Assembly (NCBI RefSeq): GCF_000150275.1
Contig: NW_002060943.1
Span: forward strand, 8,955,070-9,019,069
Direction: 5' to 3'
From: Trichoplax adhaerens
Lineage: Eukaryota > Animalia > Placozoa
DNA length: 64,000 bases
Shown here: positions 54,001 through 64,000 of the stretch, one piece after another
Numbering within the stretch: position 1 is the stretch's first letter
How the letters are laid out: each line of letters starts with the position of its first letter
Notes under the pieces: model-generated
Told to the model about the DNA's origin: nothing
Seen by the model: only the letters and a program-made list of their open reading frames with translations
Database searches by the model: none
Translations under genes and position numbers: made by a program

Positions 54001-56195
54001 GGTGGACCTCCGTTGGTAATATTTTAGATAGCACCTTATCGATAAATTTTGTATATCATACTATCTTAAGATACAGTATAGCTAAATCTTTAATCACAAT
54101 ATTTAAATTGATACATTGTATAAATTCATTCATCTAGGTCAAAGCTGCCACTGGAGAAGTCGTTAGTGCTGAAGAACTCGGTGGAGCTGAAGTTCACTGC
54201 AGGTGAACATGCTACTGTATAGTATCAACGTTAATTAAAGTAAACTCCAACCCGGCATCATTCACTCATATACTTGTGCCTTTTAATAGCGTTTCTGGAG
54301 TGAGTGACCACATGGCAATGGACGACGAGCATGCGTTACATATTGCTCGTCAAATTATCTCTAATTTAAATTATAAAAAGGAAGTTCAAGTAAGTATCAG
54401 ACGTTAAATGTGATTTCATTTATATCAACTCGTTTTAGATTCTTATCATAGCTTATCATTTCTGTAATTGCTTGAACATAATTCACTATGAGTTTTAAAT
54501 CCATTAAGAGCGTTATGCAGCCCCCTGAAAAACCGGCCTATCCATCGGATGAAATTTACGGCATAGTAGGAACAAATCTGAAGAAAAGTTACGATGTTAG
54601 ACAGGTATTAAGTTATAATGTTTACAACACGCAGAACTATGTAAGAAATAATCCATTGCTGAAAATGCGAATATATGATGTTAAACATATTGTACACCTT
54701 TCACAAATTATATATCTATGTTGTAATCCTTCAATTATGCCAATCATTTACAAACAATTGGATATTACATAAATTTAGGTTATTGCAAGAATAGTCGATG
54801 GTAGTAAATTTAACGAATTCAAAGCAAATTATGGCAAAACATTAGTTACAGGTTAGTTGATAAAATAAATAATAATTTACAGATAAATTAATTTTTGATT
54901 CAGTTACGGTTATAGTCATCATCCCACCTATAGAATAACTGAAACTGTTCTTCATATATCTTTAGGATTCGCACGTCTACATGGATACCCAGTTGGTATT
55001 ATTGCCAATAATGGTATCCTATTTTCAGAATCGGCACTAAAGGTATTGACAAACACGAAATATCGATATCAGCAGTTTATGCATATCACATAATCTTCAT
55101 TTTCATGGCATGATAGGCTACACATTTTATTGAATTATGCTGCCAGCGAGACATCCCTTTAATATTTCTTCAAAATATTACTGGTAGGCTATCGCATTTA
55201 TAATTATATCTTGCTTACTGTAGTTGAAACGGTGATAAATCAAAATCTAATCGCAGTATATACATACGTTTTGAACTTCTATTCACTATAGTGAAATGTG
55301 TTGTAACAGTCGTCTGATTTTTGTTAATATTTAGGATTTATGGTAGGGAAAGAGTATGAAGCAGGTGGTATTGCAAAGAATGGCGCTAAAATGGTTACCG
55401 CTGTCGCTTGTGCCAAAGTACCAAAATTTACTGTTATTATTGGTGGTAGTTATGGAGCCGGTAATTACGGCATGTGTGGTAGAGCCTACAGGTAACCATA
55501 CTCTACAAGTCTAGTTCTGAACATGATTTCATAAAAGCGAAAGATTAAACAATAGGACCTATAAGAGCCGAATACGAAATGTAATACTGAATTTTAAAAT
55601 AATACCATTTATGCGCTTCTTCAGTCCGAGGTTTTTATTCACATGGCCAAATACGAGAATATCTGTAATGGGAGGAGAACAAGCTGCAAACGTTCTGGCT
55701 ACTGTCGCAGCGGATCAGAGAAAACGTGAAAATAAACAGGTAACAAAGCCAAATCCTTTAGCCTCGACATATTGTATGTGTCAAATATTTATTGCATTTA
55801 CAGCATTAGAATATTCTAATACAAGCTTACTTTACGTCGATGTAGTGGACAGAAGAAGAAGATAAAGCTTTAAAAGAGCCAATTATTAAAAAGTATGAGA
55901 AAGAAGGACATCCATACTATTCATCTGCAAGGTACTTCTAACTAATATTACCGTTTAATAAGAATGATTTAGTGGACTAACATATTGCATACTGTACATC
56001 GTGGAGCAAACAAATGTTCAACTATATGTTAGTTCAGGCCATAGTGTTATTATTTATTGAAAACATTCCTATTTCAGGTTATGGGACGATGGAGTTATCG
56101 ATCCATCCGATACAAGAACTGTTTTAGGATTATGCCTAAGTTCAACTTACAACACGTCCCCGCAGAAAACTAAATTTGGCGTATTTCGAATGTAA
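51045..56195 (+). CDS. MCCC2: 3-methylcrotonyl-CoA carboxylase beta (carboxyltransferase) subunit, mitochondrial; multi-exon
   Basis: Exon 1 (51045-51191) [29 protein letters not shown]...EYK is a plausible transit peptide. Then [123 protein letters not shown]. Confidence 0.97.
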
Positions 56196-57059
56196 ATTAG
56201 GACATACAATAGACGAAATTACGATTATAATTTTCGTTAAATTGAAATTCACAAGCTATATTTTGGACATTTAATATAGAATGGATTAATATGCAGTATG
56301 ATCATAGTTAACATAAAGATGTTTCTTGGTTAGAGTTTCACTTTGTGTTATTTACATGGAAAAATTTTTAAAAACATACTGAAAAATTTTGATGGCCAGT
56401 ACGATTTCATGCAATAGAGATATGTACTGCAATTACTGTCGCTTATTGCAACTACAGTTTTGCTAACTGCATTTAAGATACTAAAAATAAAATTGTTTAT
56501 CAGTTTTATTAAATATTTTGCTGTTGATATCGGTTACAGTAATAAGTAGTAGCGCCAATTATACCCTTCTACTTCCAAACAGCTGAACGTAGTCTTTCCA
56601 ATAGATTAAATCAAAGCGTAATTTGTCTACTTTAAATTAAATTCCTTTTTGAATTCCTCATAATCTATCTATAGACGCTACTCTTACTAACCAATCACTC
56701 CTTCGTAGTTAATTGTATTATTTACGCGGTTAGAAATTTTAATATGGATCGATTTGCAGATCAAAGGTATTGCATTGCAATGTAACTTCATTGAGAACAA
56801 GTTTATTACAAATTTTCGAAATCTTTTAAAAGACATAAAAAGCAACCGATTCGGAAATTGCTAATATACAAGAAGCTTTACACTTTTCAACGGTTAACTG
56901 ACAGAAAATTCTTACTTTTAATAATTAACAAATTATTTATAATCTGTTTATCATTCCGAATATCACATTCAGGCAATCTTAAAATCTCACATATTTGATT
57001 AATAGAAATACCTACTTTAATGTAGTCCAACTGATATATGACACGTTTACTTTAACAAA

Positions 57060-60000
57060 TTAAATTAAAGTCAGCGTATATTTATTCTTTTTACCGTGAG
57101 CGTTGTAGTTATTAATTCGAACCCACCTTACCATGAAAATGATCATTCCAACGACTACTATACATACAATTGCAATTGCAAAACCTTTGTTTGGTTCTTG
57201 AGATGTTACAACAAAATCGTTAAGAAAAATTGCCTGAGCATAATTTGAAACCGATGAATAGCTGTATACATCATCATAACTACGTATAGCAAACACATAC
57301 GGTTTATTTAAAGCAATCTGCTCAAATTTAATTATTATTCTTTCGACACTGCCGGCTGATTTGGGTAAATCTAATCTAGCGCCATTGACTATAGATAATA
57401 AACTACTATTAATTAGACTTCCTTGATTAAAATCCGCGGTAAATGACGTGAAGTTATTGCTCATTCTCAATTCATAACCTTGAGCTATATCAACAAAAAC
57501 AAACTCATCATTTCTATGGGAAAATCTGTAAGCGTATATGTATTAACAAAATGTAAGAAATAAGTGGTATCTCAATGCATAAAATTTGCTGTAGCAATAT
57601 CAATCCAGCGCGATAGTTATTGTAAACTTACTACAATTCCTGTTGATCTACTAATAGATTTCGATTACAAAGCTGTCAATATCAAAATTCAGCCTACCTG
57701 TGCCGGTATCCATATCACTACCAGGCGCGGTCCATTGCAGCGCAATTGTAGCATTACGATAGTTAACTTGTAGGACAGTAAGATCATGAATGCGACACGG
57801 AGGGTAGTTATCGATAGCTATAAAAAAAATTTGAATACAACCAAATATATTATTTCCCCTCATAATGATGACTATTGATAATTTTATTGTTGAAGACCAA
57901 CGTTGTATGTACCAAAATAACAATAGTAATGGATACATTATTTCATAAGTTCTAATTAAGACTTTAATTTTAGCGTTACAATATAGGAAATTAGCAAATT
58001 TGACCAGGTAAGATGGTATGTATGAAACACTAAGGATAATAATATTAGAATGAATTAATGTATTATGTCTAAATTACTGTTACGAAATTTTTAGACCTAA
58101 CAAAAATTTACCTACAAGAATCTTGCATTAGTGAAATATTTCTGTAATTATTAAAATTAAAATTAACAGCGCCCTGCGCCCTGTAGCTATGGTTACCACT
58201 TTATTACAATTTACTATGTAGTAGACCAATTTTAAGTTTTACAGCATAAAACTTAATCGGTCTTCTGTGTAGTCGTTGCCTCGTTGGCATCAATTTTTAA
58301 ACGAGTATAATCAGTACTTATTTATAGCAATATTGCATACGGACATCAATAACTACAATATAATATTCCCGATATAAAGTGAAAGTAGATTTGCAACATT
58401 GTCCTCAAGCGTTACCTGCAGTATAGTTTATGACGTAAAAGCAATGGCCCGATCCCATCCTAGTAAAGCTTTTCAAGTATGTGATAGTTTTGTTGACTTT
58501 ACCCACAACAGCAGAAGCAAAAGTAGTATCGCTGTTCGGCAATCCAACCATTTGGTGCGTATCTGTTTTTGTTAGATTAACAGTTCCTGTTACAGTAACC
58601 AACATACTATAGCGTCCATTGTTGGAATATTCCGTAAAGTAGGCCGAATAAATACCATCATCTTTAGTAATATCTGCACCTGTGATAATAAATTACAAGA
58701 GGTAAAATTAAACTTATAAACAAAAAAACAGTTACCCATGCAAAAATTCAACCGATCTTAACAAATGTCACAATAAAGTATCACCGTAATGCGGTAATGA
58801 AAGTTATCACTATAGATGACTCTTAAAATCGAATAAGTTGCCCACAAAAACTGTACTTATATAATTAAATGCATAAAAAATTTTAGAAAGCTGGACTTTC
58901 CAGAAGGTTTACGTTAATTTCCTTTGATAGAGTGCACTACCTGCTCCATCGTCTCGAAAGTTTATTCTACTTGGTACATTAGTAGATGGACGAGCTACTG
59001 TTCCAGAAACTTGGCATCCGACCACAGCTAAAAATCCTTTTCGCACTACTACCGACAAAACCGTCTAAATTTGAATTATATGTCGCATTACTGAGGCTGC
59101 GTTACACATATCATTTAAACTAAATCTTGAAATATTAAAGAATAGACTTGATACACATTTACGTATACAGTAAATGCTAACCGGTTGCGGAAATGATATC
59201 TGAGATCCATCCATCTTTAATTGCATGGTTAACGGATAATTATCTGCAATAAGAGATGCTCTAGATAGTAAAAAAACTGAAATTCTACGAGTAGGTGTTC
59301 CAACCGAATCAGGATTTGTAACCTCAAACTTCCAACTCCCAATCTAAAAGTATAAAAAAAAGGTATATTATAATACTAAACACCAAAATGGTATTTAATG
59401 ACAGACACGTATATTAGTTACCAATGGAAATTAAGTCTAAATAATAACGATATCCGGTATTACGGTACGTTATTGACACATATTATTGTCACTATATGAG
59501 CTTACTTCTGTCTGGTTAGGGCCTAAATAAATCCTGACACGCTGATACACATTATCCACTGTGTACTCAGGTGAGAAAGGAGTGTACTCTTTGCCGGTTG
59601 GGGACGTCAATATAACCCGTACAGACCTTCCTTGATAAATAACCAAAAATTCGGTATAATTCCCAACGTCATTATCGATAATAACTTCCTGTTGCGAGCT
59701 AACACCACCACTTAAGAAGAATTCGTTACTATACAGCTAACGAAAAATACAAAAGTCGTCAGTGTTACACTTATTATCTTATGTCAACTTGGTATAACAT
59801 TCATTCCATGGCAAACGTAGATTTAACCGCTGACGTCGTTAGTTCACTAACCTGAACGAGTCCATCCAGATTTGGTCCAATCAACAACAGATCGATAGCC
59901 AACAGGGTATCAACTAAAGCCTGGGGACTCCCATAAATTGCGTAGTAAGATTTACCTCGACTTATTGTAGCAACTGTTTCTAAGATCATAGGAGGAAGCT

Positions 60001-62328
60001 GACCAATAGAAATAGGTAAGACTGTAATTTTGTTGCTTCGAATTAATTGAAATGTCCGTTGATCAACTTGATTTCGATCTGCACTACCAGTTATAATAAT
60101 TACCACACCACCGGATAGAGTAGAAGAGTTGGATGATTGGCGAAGCAGCTGCATAAATTTGCAACGGAAATTAATTTTTTAAAATTCTTTCTTAAAAAGT
60201 AATCAAGTATTACGATGCTATTGTGTTCTTTTAATGGCCCGAGTGATCACACAGTACCGTATTAAATAGGGTGGGTAATGTATAGTAACATTAATTAAGT
60301 AAATACTGTAACATTAAAACAGCTTGACGCAAATAGTCGTCGCTGCGATTCGGATTATAGAAAGAAACACAAACCTGCACTGAAGTCAGTAGACCAGCAG
60401 TCAAGTTGGCAGTGACAGTTGTTACAGCAGTCTCTGTCGGCAACAAATTAATTAATTGCTGCCGATCATTAGTATTTTTGATTGATACTAATCTCGATTT
60501 TATATGAGCTGATGAGTCGATGGTAACAAGGCCTAAATCATTGATGAAACACAAAATGAATTCAACACAAAGCTCGAGCCAAATCGATTGATAATCGAAA
60601 GTACCTGTAAGCATGAATCTTTAAATACTATACAATGTTATTTATACTGTACAGCAATCTAAAATTGTACCATTACATAATAATTGTGTATAATTATCTG
60701 ATCGAAAATACAACTGTATCCATCTCGTTATCACCATAAAATCTTAGTAAAATATCAGAAATAAAGTACTTGGATATACATTATAGTATACATCTACCAA
60801 AACATCTTGACCATTTCACGTTTGACTACCTACCAATTGATTGTCCATCTCTGATGATGTATTGAAGGAAGAAAGCAATGGATTGCCTAATTTGTGTTAA
60901 AGCTTCCCCTCTCATACTATTGGAAATATCTATAGCAATGACTATTTTTGGGTAAGCTTGCCGAACAACTGTAAATATTGGGGTGACGTCGGTTAAATTA
61001 CGTGGTAAATTATTTCCTTTAGCGAAATCATTTGAGCTACTTATAACATCCCAAACGCTCCTGAAACGGCAGAAATTATTTTGTCGATTTATTGCTTGAC
61101 GATTATGTAAAGTTTGTGGATTACTTTTGTTGTCATCACAAAATTCAGATATCTACAAAGATAAAATTAGGGTTATATATGTACATTTACCGAAATTGTT
61201 AATGATAATATCGCACTACGGTTCTGATCATTATAGAACATGACTTAGAGAGCATCAATAACTCATGTAGAATACTATAGCGTATAACAGCATATACTTA
61301 ATAAATTGAACTACTCAGCACATTATCTTGATATGCAATACTAAGTTTAATTACACTATTGCCATCCTACTAAATTAGCTATTTGTTACCCCGTTCAGAT
61401 GAGGATCAAGCATGATTGAAGCCGTTGCCATGGAAGGGTCATTAGCTGAAAATTTGCATTGATCGCTATATGGCAATTTGCATATTTGACGAGTAGCAAT
61501 GTGACTGATGTTGCCTGTTAAAGACGCAGAGCAGCGAGTTGTTTGTAATTTTCCATAAGAGTCTATCAGATGAACCAAAATGAAAAAAATTGTTTATTCA
61601 CATACACAGGAATGTAAAGCTTGTCCCGATCGATATGTTCCTTGTGAAATAGTATTGTAGCACTTGTAAACAACAATTTTGTCGAATTTGTTGTAACAAG
61701 TACGTATTTGATAGACGTAGAACTTATATCCAACCCTATGTACAGTTGTACTGTATATACATCAAATCATTTTCTACTTACCAAGGTAAACTAAATCTTG
61801 ACTACGCATAGCGTATTCTTCAAAAACGCCATATTGATACTGAGCCCATAATTGCACCATTTCACGCCCAGCTAGAGAACGATCTAACCATAATGGCGAC
61901 ATGGAAATTGAATGGCCAGCTACACTACAACCGCCAGTCCTCAAGACATAGGCAAATTCAATATCAAGCAATCGTCGATCAAAAGAATCAACTTGGATAT
62001 CAGCATTCCAGTAATTATCTTGAACTGTAACCGATTGATCGGATGTCGTTGACCAGCTAGAAGGTAAAACGATGGTAATTTGGCGAAAATAAGCTCGGCG
62101 ACGTGTGGCTGTATATAAATAGCCAGAAGCGACCGTCAATAATTGACGTATTTTATCGATTATGTTAGCATTGGATGTCTGTGTTATGCTCGGCGAAAGA
62201 GCCACTGTAATATCTTCGTAACCGTTATTGTTTATTGTAACAGCATGAACATAGGATAGCGTACTAATATAAGTATTGGACGATAGTAAAATGATTGCCA
62301 CAACCACGAATAAAATCTTATAATCCAT
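57060..62328 (-). CDS. CLCA: CLCA-family protein (signal peptide, CLCA N-terminal domain, vWA, beta-sheet/FnIII regions, C-terminal TM), predicted protease-dead
   Basis: NNGYEDITVAL, ASGYLYTATRRRAYFRQITIVLPSSW, YGVFEEY, ASIM...EFCD...HNRQA...QNNFC..RSVWDVI, vWA DISNSM, DDGAGADITKDDGIYSAYFT, PPCRIHDL, LQWTAPGSDMDTG, YVFAIRSYD; TM FAIAIVCIVVVGMIIFMV. Confidence 0.93.
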
Positions 62329-64000
62329 TGCGACTACAAGTGGAGATCGCAGTTTAGCTCATCAATAAAAGTGGCCCAATTTTCCTGGATGAAAAATTGG
62401 AATTGGATTTAGACTGACCTTGAAGATATTAATTTTTCCTCTATCGCTCTAGTGTCTGACATAGATAGTACGAAAGAATCAATCCATTAGTTAGGCATCC
62501 TATTTTAATGGAAGGAAAATAACGAGGATAATCTTTATTGAGGATAAACAGTTGAAAAACATCCAAATATTTTGATAGCGTAGACGACGCAGTAAGGTTG
62601 CCAGTCCCAGCCTACCAGTCCAGTATAGCGAACCAGCCAGCAATGGAACGGATGTCAATGCGCAGGACTGTCGCATATTGTACTGTAGTACTGTAGGCTG
62701 CGTATTACTATTTTCCTTACTTTCCATATTAGTCATTACCAATATGGTGCCAAGTGTTTTGTTCACTTACAATACTGTCCACTGTACATCGTGGACTGCC
62801 ACTGTAGATACTGGGGTAAATCCATCATGGCGATCACCTCGAAAACTCTGGAGTTTTACTAGTCCCACTATGGAATATTGTGCCGGCGTTGTCCTTTGAT
62901 CTAATAAATTGATTCTACAATGGCGCAGCTAGTAGTCGATGCTACAGAGCTCTTCAAGTTCTGATAATTTACTGATGCACACTCCTATCATGTTCTCACT
63001 ATCGATAAAAGAAAAACCTTTAACCCTGTTGTACTTAGTACAGCCATTACTAAATTGGAAAACTATAGTGGTACGCAAAAATCTACTAGCGTATTTTGAA
63101 AGTTATAGTCTGCCCCCCTATCGATCGATCTTAGATGGAAGGTGTATACTGTCGAATGATAGTTATGGATTACTAGATGATGGGACTGTACTGTGCATAC
63201 ATCTACAGTTTTATACAAGCCCATGAACATTGGAAGAGTAGATACAAATTTGAAATTGATATTTGCAATATTTGCTGGATAAACTTACTAAACTGTTCTA
63301 TAAACATACCGTGAATTGCACAGTATGCAATAAACATTGGTACTATACGAGTATACAGTATGCTCGTATACCGTAGTTGCATCAAGGTTCAGGAACTATT
63401 AAAGAGAGAAAACCTTTTCTCTCTTGCAGTTGTCCCGGATTGTATGCCAATGACTAAAATCGATTACATTAAAATGACCAAAGACTGCTAACTGTTAATT
63501 AATACCCTACAGTAAGCTCTGACACTCTAAGCTACGGGATGAAACCAAAGGGCGACTTTGTCTTGCATTTTACTAGATACGAGTTATTGAATGTACTTTA
63601 CTATGTTAAAACTCTCACGCATAAAGATCAACTTTCTATGAGTCAAACTACAAACACTTGATAAAAGCTCTTTCGTAAAATTAAAAGCGACTCCAACATG
63701 ACAATAATTATATGCCGCTATAAAGTTTGAGAAATGGAGAAGCTTGTGCTATCGTATAGGATATGACCTTGTTGCATAGAAATTTACCAAATAACCACAG
63801 GATAACATACACGCGTGTAGAATAATATCAATCCAATCTTACTCAAAGCCACATAAGAGTGTACGTAAATATTAATTATCAACTAGTCGTTGATTAACAA
63901 TAATACTGGAATACACATTTAGTAATAGAGAATGAATATTTTAGTTATAAAAGGATGCGGTGGGGGTTTAAAACCAAGAAAAAAAACTTTTTTATTGACA

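Noticed and set aside
62500-63600. Short ORFs and exon-like bits upstream of CLCA (e.g. MAQLVVDATELFK, ELLKRENLFSLAVVPD)
   Set aside because: They cannot be assembled into a supported gene; they might belong to a gene continuing beyond the window.
1-64000. CRISPR arrays, tRNA/rRNA genes, prokaryotic operons
   Set aside because: None seen. The sequence is spliceosomal-intron-rich animal DNA, and its repeats lack repeat-spacer organisation.

Overview
AT-rich, intron-dense eukaryotic (animal) genomic DNA with short introns of about 70-250 nt. The gene content (talin, CLCA, TDRKH-like), low GC and compact introns suggest a placozoan such as Trichoplax; this is an inference, not shown. Left to right: (1) the 3' end of a divergent M1 aminopeptidase gene; (2) a 14.5-kb spacer holding three paralogous single-exon membrane microprotein ORFs (41-70 aa), one missed by the ORF track, plus a 51-N gap; (3) a complete type II membrane M1 aminopeptidase; (4) full-length talin with about 58 coding exons; (5) a minus-strand KH-KH-Tudor (TDRKH/Papi-like) gene; (6) MCCC2; (7) a minus-strand CLCA-like gene. 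The best candidate for an undescribed system is the microprotein trio with the shared HLxxAYxxVA...GxLxxL helix. One member has a phospholamban-like RREST phosphorylation motif, so the trio may be regulin-like; alternatively it may derive from the aminopeptidase membrane anchor. Other highlights: a CLCA lacking both its HExxH protease motif and part of its MIDAS; a TDRKH with Arg in the Tudor aromatic cage and a broken KH1 GxxG loop; a remodelled talin R3 threonine belt; TACAG/ACCGT-type pentamer arrays at gene starts; and a GC-AG intron. All exon models were assembled by hand from the sequence.
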